Shown here: positions 1-10,600 of the stretch, in pieces
Layout of the letters: every line of letters begins with the position of its first letter
Numbering within the stretch: position 1 is the first letter of the stretch
From: a candidate division FCPU426 bacterium
Lineage (GTDB): Bacteria > Oederibacteriota > Muellerivitia > Muellerivitales > Muellerivitaceae
Direction of reading: 5' to 3'
Assembly: GCA_027452205.1 (NCBI GenBank)
Contig: DAIDGV010000003.1
Span: forward strand, 201,399 to 265,398
DNA length: 64,000 bases
Notes under the pieces: model-generated
The model's database searches: none
The model's input: the letters and a program-made list of their open reading frames with translations, nothing else
Told to the model about the DNA's origin: nothing
Translations under genes and position numbers: made by a program

Positions 1-14
1 CATGTTCTCTCCTA
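1..14 (-). other. RBS and start codon of the next gene, running off the window edge (tpiA is plausible from gap-pgk-tpi synteny only)
   Basis: Minus strand reads AGGAGAGAAC-ATG, ending at position 1, just after the pgk stop. Confidence 0.5.
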
Positions 15-25
15 AAAAATGATGA

Positions 26-1231
26 TTACTTTTTATCCGTCAAAGCGACGATGCCGGGCAATTGCTTGCCTTCCATGAACTCTAAAGAAGCCCCTCCACC
101 CGTCGAGATGTGGGACATCTTGGAGGCTAACCCGGCCTGATTGACCGCGGCCACCGAATCCCCACCGCCAACAATGGTCGTCGCGCCGTTATCTGAAGCA
201 TCGGCCAACAATTTGGCAATAGCAAAGGTCCCCTTAGCAAAAGGCTCCATTTCAAACACACCCACCGGGCCGTTCCAGAATAAGGTCTTGGCGCCCTTGA
301 TAAAGTGCGCATATTTCTCAACCGTAGCCGGACCGATGTCCATGCCTTCCCAACCCGGCAAAATGCCGCCGCGCGGGACTGTCTTGATATTGGCCTTGGC
401 GCTGAAATCGTCGGCGATCACGTGGTCGATGGGCAAAAGCAAGGGCACATCAGTATCAATGGATTGGGTCATCAGCTCTTTGGCCAAACCGATCTTGTCG
501 TTCTCACAGAGGGATTTGCCGATCTCGAACTTGCGGGATTTCAGGAAGGTATAGGACATCCCGCCACCGATAATAAGCACATCCACCACACCCATGAGGC
601 TCTTAATGACATCGATCTTGGTTGAGATCTTCGAACCGCCGACAATGGCCACGAAAGGCCGTGCCGGGTTGGACAAAGCGCCGCCTAAATACTTGATCTC
701 TTTGGTCAGCAGGAACCCGGCAGCCGATTGGGCCACGAACTTCGTGATACCTTCGGTGGAAGCATGCGCCCGATGGGCCGTTCCAAAAGCATCGTTGACG
801 TAAATGTCGGCCAAAGCCGCCAGTTTCTTGGCGAAATCCGGGTTATTCTTTTCTTCTTCGGGATAAAAACGAACATTCTCAAGCAGCGTCACATCGCCAT
901 TCTTCATGGCCGCGACGGCTTTCTCCACCTCCGGGCCGACCGAATCCTTCAAGGCCAGAACAGGTTTCTTCAACAATTCGGCCAATCGACCCGCTACAGG
1001 CTTCAAACGAAGCTTCTCGTCCACGCCCTTGGGACGGCCTAGGTGCGAGCAAAGAACGACCTTAGCGCCTTTGTCCGAAAGATACTGGATGGTCTTCAAG
1101 GATTCGCGGATACGGGTGTCATCGGTGATCTTTTGGTTCTCATCTAAGGGAACATTGAAATCGACACGAACGAACACTCGTTTTCCCGAAGGGTTCAGGT
1201 CCTCGACGGACAATTTGTTATAAGAAGCCAT
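26..1231 (-). CDS. pgk: phosphoglycerate kinase
   Basis: [26 protein letters not shown] and [10 protein letters not shown] motifs; ATG at 1231 preceded by GAAAGGA. Confidence 0.98.
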   Translation of the reverse strand: MASYNKLSVEDLNPSGKRVFVRVDFNVPLDENQKITDDTRIRESLKTIQYLSDKGAKVVLCSHLGRPKGVDEKLRLKPVAGRLAELLKKPVLALKDSVGPEVEKAVAAMKNGDVTLLENVRFYPEEEKNNPDFAKKLAALADIYVNDAFGTAHRAHASTEGITKFVAQSAAGFLLTKEIKYLGGALSNPARPFVAIVGGSKISTKIDVIKSLMGVVDVLIIGGGMSYTFLKSRKFEIGKSLCENDKIGLAKELMTQSIDTDVPLLLPIDHVIADDFSAKANIKTVPRGGILPGWEGMDIGPATVEKYAHFIKGAKTLFWNGPVGVFEMEPFAKGTFAIAKLLADASDNGATTIVGGGDSVAAVNQAGLASKMSHISTGGGASLEFMEGKQLPGIVALTDKK

Positions 1232-1257
1232 ATGTGGTCCTTTCAAATGTAGGCTAC

Positions 1258-1300
1258 AAAAAAGAAGCGGTTGCCTTCCTTACGGAAAAACAACCGCTTT
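1258..1300 (-). terminator. intrinsic terminator-like hairpin between gap and pgk
   Basis: AAGCGGTTG...CAACCGCTT stem followed by a T-rich run on the minus strand. Confidence 0.7.
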
Positions 1301-1331
1301 AAGATCCATCCTATTGAACCTTCAAGAAAAT

Positions 1332-2339
1332 TTATTTCTTGGAGTTCATGTATTCAACCAGGTCCACGACCCGGTTGGAATAACCCCATTCATTGTCATA
1401 CCACGACAGCACCTTCACCATATTGCCGCCGGTCACGTAAGTGGACAAGGCGTCCACGATCGACGAATGTGGGTTGCCTTTGAAGTCGGTCGAGACCAAC
1501 GGTTCTTCCGTCACTTCCAGGTACTTGTTCAAGGCAGGGCTCTTGGCCGCTTCTTTTAAGGCGTTATTGATATCTTCTTTGGTGACGTCTTTCTTCAATT
1601 CAGCCACCAGATCGACCACCGAGACGACAGGTGTCGGGACACGGATAGAAAGACCGTCCAACTTGCCCTTCATGTCCGGCAAGACCAAACCGATGGCCTT
1701 AGCGGCCCCGGTCGAGGTGGGGATCATGTTCAGGCTGGCGGCGCGGGCGCGGCGCAGGTCTTTATGAGGAAAGTCCAAGGTAACTTGGTCGTTCGTAAAG
1801 CTGTGGATGGTCGTCATCAAACCCTTCACGATGCCGAACTTATCGTTCAAGACCTTGGCGAAAGGAGCCAAGCAGTTGGTCGTGCAAGAAGCGTTCGAGA
1901 CCACATGGTGATTCTTCGGGTCATATTTGTCTTCATTGACACCCAAGACGATGGTCAAATCCTCACCCGCAGCCGGGGCGGAAATGATGACCTTCTTGAC
2001 GCTGTCCTTTAGATGAGCGACAGCCTTGGCTTTATCCGTGAAATGGCCGGTTGACTCAACGACAAATTCGGCATTCACGCTGCCCCAAGGGATCTGAGCC
2101 GGGTCGCGTTGGGCGAACACCTTGATCTCTTTGCCATTCACAATGATGGAGTTCTCGCCCGCCTTGATATCCGCGTGCAAATTACCCAAAACCGAGTCAT
2201 ATTTGAGCAAATGAGCCAGTGTCTTAGCATCCGTGAGGTCGTTAACTGCCACGATTTCGATATTCTTGTTGTTCATGGCCGCGCGATAAACATTGCGCCC
2301 TATACGCCCAAATCCGTTGATACCAACCTTGATCGCCAT
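1332..2339 (-). CDS. gap: type I glyceraldehyde-3-phosphate dehydrogenase
   Basis: GINGFGRIGR, ASCTTNCLAP and WYDNEWGYS motifs. Confidence 0.98.
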   Translation of the reverse strand: MAIKVGINGFGRIGRNVYRAAMNNKNIEIVAVNDLTDAKTLAHLLKYDSVLGNLHADIKAGENSIIVNGKEIKVFAQRDPAQIPWGSVNAEFVVESTGHFTDKAKAVAHLKDSVKKVIISAPAAGEDLTIVLGVNEDKYDPKNHHVVSNASCTTNCLAPFAKVLNDKFGIVKGLMTTIHSFTNDQVTLDFPHKDLRRARAASLNMIPTSTGAAKAIGLVLPDMKGKLDGLSIRVPTPVVSVVDLVAELKKDVTKEDINNALKEAAKSPALNKYLEVTEEPLVSTDFKGNPHSSIVDALSTYVTGGNMVKVLSWYDNEWGYSNRVVDLVEYMNSKK

Positions 2340-2373
2340 AAAAGCCCTCCAAGGGTCTAAGTTAAGAGCGGTT

Positions 2374-2402
2374 AAACTAACATAGCGGTTTTATAGGGTC
2401 AA
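2374..2402 (-). promoter_or_regulatory. sigma70-like promoter for gap
   Basis: TTGACC-17 nt-TAGTTT with TGn extended -10. Confidence 0.55.
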
Positions 2403-2416
2403 GGCCCGAATCCCCA

Positions 2417-3172
2417 CTAATTCCCTGCCCTATCATTTCCGTGACGGGGTGTCCGTCCCCAAACGACCGCACCGACCCATCGCACTCCAGCCGTCTTTAA
2501 GACTTTGGCACATTCTTCCAAAGTGGCTCCCGTGGTCAAAACATCATCAACTAGGACAACTCGTTCCACACCCGCGAGCGCGATGACCTCAAAAGCGCCA
2601 CGAGGATTTTTCAAGCGTTCTTCCCGACTTAATGTTCTTTGTGAAACGTTGGAACGAGTTTTTTGGATGAGCGGAAGGACAGGTATATCCGTTCCGATCG
2701 ATATCTGATGCGCTAAAAGTGCCGAAGGGTTATACCCCCGCTCTCTTTCTTTTTCGGGGTTCATTGGCACAGGGATCAAAGCTTGGACTTCTTTCCAAAA
2801 GGAACCGGCTATCGGAATCGTGATCTTATGGGCTAAGGGTATGGCCAAATGTTCCATACCTTGGAATTTGAAAGCATGGTGGGCCAGACGCAGAGCGCCT
2901 TCATAGGGTCCCAAAGAACGGACCGTATCTAAATGGGATGGCATTTCCCCGCAATCAAGACAACGTGGCTCGCCAACCCCCTCAAAGGCTCTTTCTGGAA
3001 GGGATATGCCGCATCGTTCGCAAACCGGGGACCGATAGGGTTCAATCCGATCAAAACAAACCGAACAAAGCACATTAGAAAGCCCTTGGCTGAAGGCAGA
3101 GCCGCAACAAACGCAAACTTTCGGGAAGAACAGATCAAGGAAAGTGGAGGGAACTTTGGAAAGAACACCCAT
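2417..3172 (-). CDS. comF: ComF-family competence protein (zinc ribbon plus PRTase domain)
   Basis: LDLFFPxxCxxC, further CxxC pairs, ERGYNPS and VLVDDVLTTGATLEE. Confidence 0.9.
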   Translation of the reverse strand: MGVLSKVPSTFLDLFFPKVCVCCGSAFSQGLSNVLCSVCFDRIEPYRSPVCERCGISLPERAFEGVGEPRCLDCGEMPSHLDTVRSLGPYEGALRLAHHAFKFQGMEHLAIPLAHKITIPIAGSFWKEVQALIPVPMNPEKERERGYNPSALLAHQISIGTDIPVLPLIQKTRSNVSQRTLSREERLKNPRGAFEVIALAGVERVVLVDDVLTTGATLEECAKVLKTAGVRWVGAVVWGRTPRHGNDRAGN

Positions 3173-3175
3173 GGA

Positions 3176-6100
3176 TTATTTAATTACCGCGATCTTTTCA
3201 ATGTCCTGAAGGCCGCTCATTTCGGTGGTGATCATATAAACGCCTGATGCCACAAAGTCCCCACTGGCATTCCGTCCGTCCCACTGCAGAGGGTAATTCC
3301 CGCCGACACCATAAACCCCCACATTAAAATACTGGCTGACCAACTGTTTGATAAACACCCCGCTGATACTATAGACCTTGATAGTCACCGTACTGGGATT
3401 CGTGACCACAAAGCGGACATGCACCACCTGTTCATTGGATGTGCCATAGGGACGTAAGCTGTTTCTGTCCAACGCCACGCTCGCGGTCAAACCCGTGGCG
3501 GTCACGGTATTATAAGTCGTTTCATGGACCATGTTTGGATCATTAGTGTTCACGTTGGGCGGCGCGTCATAAGCCCTGACTAAATAGGTATAGGTAGTCC
3601 CATTAATAATCGTGACATCATCCGTATAGCTAGTGGCCGTCGTTCCCTGTGGGTTCAATAATTGATAACTTCCTCCGCCATCACTGGACCGATAAACATG
3701 GTATCCCCCCAACGGATACATGGTCGAAGAATTGAAGTCTGTCACGCCGCTGTTGGCCGCAGTCCAGCTGATGGTATTACCGCTTTGGCCCTGGACCAGG
3801 GTCAAATTCGGATTATCCACCACCGGAGGATGGGCTGGCAGTGCGTTAGCGATCGGGCTATAACCGATCAAGCTGGTATGAGGATCGATCGCGAGGATCT
3901 GATAGTTATAAAGGGTCTTGTCCAACAAGCCCGTGTCAGTGTAATCCAGACCTGTCAATCCGGAAACAATGGTCTGGAAGGACGAAGCCGGGGCCGTTCC
4001 TAATTTTCGTTGAATGGTATAGGTGTAAGCGCTGGCCGCAGCTGTCCCTTGATAGCTCCATCGCAACTGAGCGATCTGATCCCCCGAAACCGCACTCAGC
4101 GTTGTAGGACCCTGGGGCGGTACGGTCAGGGTGACACTATTCGAATACGGGCCGTAGATGTTCTCTCCCGTGGTCGCAATGGCAACCGGCGCCACTTGAT
4201 AGACATAGGCGGACGTATAACCAGTCGTTGTATCCGTATAGGTGGTATTTGTAACGCTCGAAACCGAATAAGTTTGTGTCGTATTCGTTGAAATGGGAGT
4301 GGCTAAGGCTAATCGCTGGATCACGTAACTACCAAAACCAGGGGTAGCGATCTGAGTTACCGGTGACCAATTGAGGATCGCTTGGCTCACCCCCGCTGCC
4401 CCTGACATGGCCAACGGCGGTCCGGCCATGACCGCAACTTCAGTGGTCGGAGCACTTTTGAGCCCCGCTGAGATATCGTCCATATAGTAGAAATACGGTG
4501 TGCCAACCGCCACTTGTGTATCTATATATGGTCCTGAGTGGAAAGGAAGGACTGTTGGCGTTCCGTAAGGTGTCGCTGTGCCTGAGACCAATGCTTTATA
4601 AACCTCATAGGCTGTGACTGGCGCGCTTCCCGTCACTGGCGCCGTCCAATTGAGGGTTACAGCCGCTGAACCTGCCGAAGCCATAAAAACGGAAGGCGGA
4701 TTGGGCCAAACATTGATACCCAAAATGCCTGATAAAGAGAAATTCGCTGTCACCCCCGCACCGTTATCCGAAACGAACTTGTAATAGTTGATGTAACCCG
4801 TCACCGGTGCCGAATCAAAAAGGACCGTAGCAGAACTGCTGAGGCCCCCTATCGTCGTATAGGTCGAAAAACCCGGGTCTGTGGAACGATAAACCGTACA
4901 TTCTTGGGCCGCGCCGCTCGGGAAAGTAATGCCAGATATCCAGACCCCCGGCGTGGGGGTTTGAACAACGCTATAGCCCGTCGGCGTGTTCATAGAAACT
5001 ACTGGCGTGATGGTAGGAACTGGGAAGACGGTCAAGGTCACCGAACTATTACTTGGTCCGCCTGAATTATTGGCGATCACGTAATAAGTCGAAAGAACAC
5101 CTGGGCTTTCAGAGAATACCGCCGACATGGTCGCTGCCGGAACTACTGGAGCACCCGCGACCCCATTGTGGTAAACCGTATAAGTCGCGACATTGTCCGA
5201 CGCGGGGTTATTGAGCCAGAACAAGGTAGTCGCACTTGAGCTTGTATTGGCAACGAGTCCACCTGGCACATTGGGCCAGGTATTCACCGTACCAGGGGCT
5301 GATCCGCTGATCGAAACCGGGCTCTCGGCTACCGGGGTTCCAAGACCATTTGTGGAGCGTTGTGTGACAAAATAAGAATAAAGAACCGCGGGCGAAGCCG
5401 ACGTATCCAGATAACCCGAACTGCCCACGGCAACCGTGGCGATAGGCCTGTATTGAAGGTCCCCTCCCGGGGTCGGCGTGGCCGAAGACCGGTAAATGAC
5501 CCAATGGTCAATGTTCGGTGTTGTATCCGGCATAGGGGTCACATTCCATGACACCGTCACCCCTTGAGCCGGGGATTGAACGACTGCCGTCACATTATAA
5601 GTTGGGGCTGAAATGGCCGAAAAGGACACAGCCTGACTAGCACCAACCGAGTTGTAAGCGACCAAATAATAAGGTGTTGCGGCCCCCAAAGGCGGAAGGG
5701 GTGCTGGGAAAGGGGTCTCCGTTGGTCCAATGGTGTACTCAGGCGTAGGCGGGATCGTCCAAGTTGGGTAATCGGAGCCATAAACTTGATAATTCGTGAT
5801 ATTGTCCGCCTCTGGGTTCATTATCCAGCGCCAGGTCATGTTTGTTGCCGTTTGGATCGCAGGAAGAATCGTCGGCGTTTTTGGAACATATCCAGGCACA
5901 CTATTCGTCGTGATCATATTGGATAAGACCGCTAGGTCCGAAATATTCCCAAAATTATCGATGGCACCCACCGCGTAAGACACCCCGGTGCCGGAAGCGG
6001 CGTCCACGTAATCATTCCGACTGGACAAACTCGCCGATACGGTCGAAACCATGGTGGGTGTTCCCCCATTTACCACCCGGTAAATGGCATAATGACTTAT

Positions 6101-7684
6101 CGTCCCAAACAATCCCGGCAAGGCCCCTGACCAGGAAATGTTAACTTGGTTATTTGTGTTGGCTATTTGATTAGCAATCACAGTTGTGACCGGGGTCGGC
6201 GCCCAATGCTGGGTCGACGAGACCGTATCACCCAAGACCGGGATGGTCGCGGCCCCTGTTGGAATGCCATAGAAAGGTTGTACCCAATAGGAATTACTGG
6301 AATCCGTCACGGTATCGACCGCTATCAGGGTAGGTGTTTGGGAAGGCGTTTCAATGATGGTGGCGAAAGGCAAGGGCGTGAATGTGGGTGACGGTGTGCC
6401 TGCCACCCAGGTCACAACGGGGTAAGGAACTGGCGGCGCTCCGCTCAGGCCTTTATAAACGTTATATCCTTTAATCCCATAAGTTCCGGGGTTGCCCTGG
6501 ATCCAAGTGATGGTCACCGCATCATTAGTCGGGTTAGCGGTCACCGTCATCCCCCCGTTCATCGAAGGTCGGATGATGGAGCCATCAAAAACATTGGAAG
6601 TGACTGCCCCGTTGTTATTGATCGATGCGATGGAATAAGCCAAAGCCGGTCCGCCAGCAGCCACCGGTAACAGGGTCGTATCGAGATAAGTGAAGGTGGG
6701 CGTCGTCGTCGGAGGGACCAAGATCGTCGCGATGGCCGTTCCATTGGATAGGACCTTGAATTGGGTCACCGTTTCGACCGGCAAGGGCGGATTCCAGAAA
6801 AGTTGAACGCCATAGACAGGGGTCGCGTTAGGGGTCATGGTCGGCGTTACCGCCGGCACATACCCGGACAGGAACGGGGTCACGGGCGGCAAGTTATTAT
6901 TCGCCAGGGCCCCAAAGGTAGTGACCGTCGGGTAAGACCCGGTTACCCCATTACTATCGACACCTAATACCGTATAAAAAACCGATGTGGCGCCCGTAAT
7001 GGTCGCCGCTTGTTGATCGGAATAAGAAGGCGTCATGACAGTGGCCACAAAGGTCGGCACCGCCGTCAAGAAAGTTGAAACAGGCATGGTATTCCCTGTC
7101 GGGATAGTGGCCGATGTTTGACGATAGATGTAGTAAGAGGCGACCGGAAAAGTCGACAAGGGGATCCCCCAAGTCAGGTCCAAAGCGTTGTTGTGAATGT
7201 TCTGGACAGAGGGACTGATCGCCGCGGGCGCGGTATAAGGCAAGGCGGTCACCCGTGCCGAAGGGCCATTACCTGAGGCGTTTATCCCCCAGATCGAGTA
7301 CTGGTAAACGATACCGTCGGTCACTTGAAAGTCGGTCAAAGCAGGGGTCGTTGTTGAGGCGACCAAGGAAGAAGATTGCACAATAGCGATCGGTGTCGAG
7401 GTCGGCACCGGTGTTTCCGTTGGAGGGCCACCCGGGGTATCAGTGAACGTTGGTGAGTAATAAACATCCCGGGCAATAGCGTAATTGGTCGCGGCGGGAA
7501 CAGCTTGCCAGATCAAATTGACCTGCCCGCTATAAGGGCTCATGGTCGCGACACCCAACGGCGCCGCCGGCACCTGGGCCCCAACCACCGCGGCAAGGGC
7601 CAGAAACAACACGATTGAAAAAAGGATAGTCTTCTGCCCGTTCAAACGAAGATCCTTTGGGTGAAATGAGCTGAGAGGATCCAT
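3176..7684 (-). CDS. large secreted multi-fibronectin type III protein with C-terminal FlgD-Ig / T9SS-CTD-like domain
   Basis: Signal peptide; about 12-13 Fn3-like units (xLxW...YxVYR...YxYxV); Pro/Thr-rich inserts; C-terminal IKVYSISG...WDGRNASG...SGVY...KIAVIK. Confidence 0.8.
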   Translation of the reverse strand: MDPLSSFHPKDLRLNGQKTILFSIVLFLALAAVVGAQVPAAPLGVATMSPYSGQVNLIWQAVPAATNYAIARDVYYSPTFTDTPGGPPTETPVPTSTPIAIVQSSSLVASTTTPALTDFQVTDGIVYQYSIWGINASGNGPSARVTALPYTAPAAISPSVQNIHNNALDLTWGIPLSTFPVASYYIYRQTSATIPTGNTMPVSTFLTAVPTFVATVMTPSYSDQQAATITGATSVFYTVLGVDSNGVTGSYPTVTTFGALANNNLPPVTPFLSGYVPAVTPTMTPNATPVYGVQLFWNPPLPVETVTQFKVLSNGTAIATILVPPTTTPTFTYLDTTLLPVAAGGPALAYSIASINNNGAVTSNVFDGSIIRPSMNGGMTVTANPTNDAVTITWIQGNPGTYGIKGYNVYKGLSGAPPVPYPVVTWVAGTPSPTFTPLPFATIIETPSQTPTLIAVDTVTDSSNSYWVQPFYGIPTGAATIPVLGDTVSSTQHWAPTPVTTVIANQIANTNNQVNISWSGALPGLFGTISHYAIYRVVNGGTPTMVSTVSASLSSRNDYVDAASGTGVSYAVGAIDNFGNISDLAVLSNMITTNSVPGYVPKTPTILPAIQTATNMTWRWIMNPEADNITNYQVYGSDYPTWTIPPTPEYTIGPTETPFPAPLPPLGAATPYYLVAYNSVGASQAVSFSAISAPTYNVTAVVQSPAQGVTVSWNVTPMPDTTPNIDHWVIYRSSATPTPGGDLQYRPIATVAVGSSGYLDTSASPAVLYSYFVTQRSTNGLGTPVAESPVSISGSAPGTVNTWPNVPGGLVANTSSSATTLFWLNNPASDNVATYTVYHNGVAGAPVVPAATMSAVFSESPGVLSTYYVIANNSGGPSNSSVTLTVFPVPTITPVVSMNTPTGYSVVQTPTPGVWISGITFPSGAAQECTVYRSTDPGFSTYTTIGGLSSSATVLFDSAPVTGYINYYKFVSDNGAGVTANFSLSGILGINVWPNPPSVFMASAGSAAVTLNWTAPVTGSAPVTAYEVYKALVSGTATPYGTPTVLPFHSGPYIDTQVAVGTPYFYYMDDISAGLKSAPTTEVAVMAGPPLAMSGAAGVSQAILNWSPVTQIATPGFGSYVIQRLALATPISTNTTQTYSVSSVTNTTYTDTTTGYTSAYVYQVAPVAIATTGENIYGPYSNSVTLTVPPQGPTTLSAVSGDQIAQLRWSYQGTAAASAYTYTIQRKLGTAPASSFQTIVSGLTGLDYTDTGLLDKTLYNYQILAIDPHTSLIGYSPIANALPAHPPVVDNPNLTLVQGQSGNTISWTAANSGVTDFNSSTMYPLGGYHVYRSSDGGGSYQLLNPQGTTATSYTDDVTIINGTTYTYLVRAYDAPPNVNTNDPNMVHETTYNTVTATGLTASVALDRNSLRPYGTSNEQVVHVRFVVTNPSTVTIKVYSISGVFIKQLVSQYFNVGVYGVGGNYPLQWDGRNASGDFVASGVYMITTEMSGLQDIEKIAVIK

Positions 7685-10600
7685 CAGAACTTAGCCTCAC
7701 CAGATAACGAGATCTGCCAAAGAACATAACCCAGGGTTGAGGTCAAATAATCCGTGTAGTACTCATTAATCCCCGTCAACCCAATACGTAAGTTCTTCAA
7801 AGCGTTGTAATCGAACTCGAGTGTACCACGGTATCTTTGGGTTTTGATCTGGTTGTAGGTATATAAAGAATCATTCTCAGTGTAATCACTCAGGAAATTC
7901 GCCTTGAACTCGATGGCATCATGCAGCTGGATCTTCCAGTGGGTGAAAGGAATATGCAACATGAGGTTCGGCGCGAACTTCTGATCGTATTCCGCCGACA
8001 GCTGGTAATCATGTGTATAGGTCGGCACATTCGTGGTGGCCAACCCATTCTGTTCACCTAGTGACTCTTGGAAGCGAATGTTCCCCTGAGACGTCTTGCT
8101 GATCTCATAAGGGAATGTGACACCAAAAATATCGCTTTCAGAATAACTATCGACCTGACTGACGACCGAGCTGTCATACTGCGTGCTATCCGTGTGGGTG
8201 TATTCAATTTGGGCCGAATTCACGCTAAAGCTCAACCACGGGAGGGTAAATATCCTTTTGTTGTAGATCGTAGTGATCCCTAGCGTATCACTCACTTGTT
8301 GCGTGGGGGGGGCGCCCGTATACAGCAATGAATATTGGTCCGTCCAGGAACCGGTGGGGCGAAAATCCCAAACATCGAACAATTTAAAACTCGCGTTCAA
8401 TTGGTCGGTGGTGGATCGTGTCGCCAGCAAAGCAATCTTGTCGATATTGGGATCCGTCGGGTCGATCAGCCACCACTGCTGTCCAAAATTTAATTCTCCC
8501 GCTTGATAACCCGGGATTGAGACAGTGGAGCTGTCCGTCCTTCCACCGAACAAGGTCAAATTGATCTGTTGGAAGAAAGGCAGCCAAGAGCCTGGCGTGA
8601 CGTTCAAGGAATAGTTCACATTGTTCGAGTTGGAGAAGCGTAGCCCATCTTGATAATCTACCGCGTCATACGTGTCGCTACCCGAATAGGTGATCGAGGG
8701 AATGACACCGGGTACCCCCCGATAGACCAATCCTCCCTTGGGCTGGAACTGTTGGACGAAAGGTACCGGTGTCGCCACCGAGCCGGGAACCCCCGGCGAA
8801 TTGGTATTCCCCACCGCGTCGGTCAGCGCCACACTGAACCCCGGCGTGAATACCAAGTTCTTCACAACCTCGGTCGTATTGGTCCAGCCGTAATTTTGCT
8901 GATAGGTCGTGCGATCATACGGCGACAGGAAATTGAAGGTAAAGTCCTGCTGATCATGGGTCAGTGTATAGTTTTCGGTCAATTGGTTCGTGCCAATCGG
9001 GAAGAACCAGAGCTTGGTAGGCATATCATAAGTGCTGATCAAGCTCACCCGCTGTTCGTATTTTTCTGTATTTCCTTGCACCCCGGGTTGGTCCAAATAA
9101 GCCGATTGATAGACATCAACTTCTGAACTGGTGCTACCCGAAAGATTGATGCTGGTCAGACGGCCGAATTCAGGGCCCAGGTCCTTGGTATAAAGGATAC
9201 TGCCGGTGGTCGTATCGATCTGGCTATTGGGAAGGTCCAGGTAATAGGGATTGTTTAGGAGCGCCGTCTCGGTATAAAGCTCTTGATCGGTGAAGGAGAA
9301 TTGGGCCCTCAAAGGCTGTCCGAACAGGTATATCCCACTCGAGGAATAATCCAAACCATATTGAAGCGAGTGTTGAAAATGGGTGGAAGTCTGGTCGATC
9401 TCCGTGAAACCGGAATCTACCTCTCGATAACGGCCGTCGATGACGGCAAAAGGTTTTTTCGGGTCATCACCCAGCACCATTTCCGCGTTCAAACGACGGG
9501 CCGTACCGGTCCGCACATTGGCCGTGTTCGTTCTTAGATTGTCGATCCAAACTTCGCCGGTACGGCCGCCTGGCGGATTGGGAGAAATAAAACCAAAGCT
9601 GATCTGGCTCGCCTTGTTGATATAGGGCGTCCCCACAGTTGTCCGATTCCCGCCGGATCCGTCGATCGCCACATTGACCGCTCCCCAGTTGTCCAGCCCC
9701 AAATTGTTCGCCAGTGATTCCATACTAATGTTGTATTGGTAATAGTCCAACTGGTCATTGCCGATGCGGATGAAAAAGATGTCGCCTTGGTTATAACTAC
9801 GGATATTCATATCCATCGCCAGGTTTTGGTAGTCGGTGAAATCCAGGCCCTGTTGGAAGATGCGGGTCGTATAGTAAATAGGCTTTCCATTGATGTTCCC
9901 AGCCGGGTCATAATCCGCCGAGGAAAGATTGTACGTAATGTCGAGCGACTTCTCATTGAACTGGATGGCATTTTGGTCCTGGCCGGGTTGGATAATAATG
10001 AAGCGCATATTGGGATTGTAGGTCGAGTTCTCGGCTTGACTGATGGAGTTCACGTTGAATTTCGATGGATTGATGGTGACACCCATATCCGCGTTAGCAC
10101 CTGGATCTACCGCCAACTGCCACAAGTTATGCGTGAAATTGATGGTGTCGATCAGGAAATTACCATCGATCGGGGTGCCACTGGTCCCCGTGATCCACAT
10201 TCGCAAACTTTTGACCACAATGGCGTTGGGTGTGCCTTGGCTATGAAAAAAATAAGAAATACCGTTTGATGTAGAGGACTGGTAATCCGGCGACACCAAA
10301 TTCACCGGTATCTTGATCAACTGCCACCCCGACCAATTTGCCCTGATACCATACTCAAAGTAATTATCCTGAGTATTTAAGACACCGGTACCATCCATGT
10401 TCTGCGTAACAAAGCTACCGTTATACTGACCTTCTTGGGAAGTCTCGGGTTGCCCCGGGGAAGAATTGTTGACCACATTGTAATTATTATAGCCTGCCTG
10501 TAAGCCGATGAATCCTAAATCACCATGATTATCGGGCAAGTAATTGAATCCGGCGTGTTGGACGTTATAGGCGAAAGGATTGTTATCAAAAGCGGTATAG

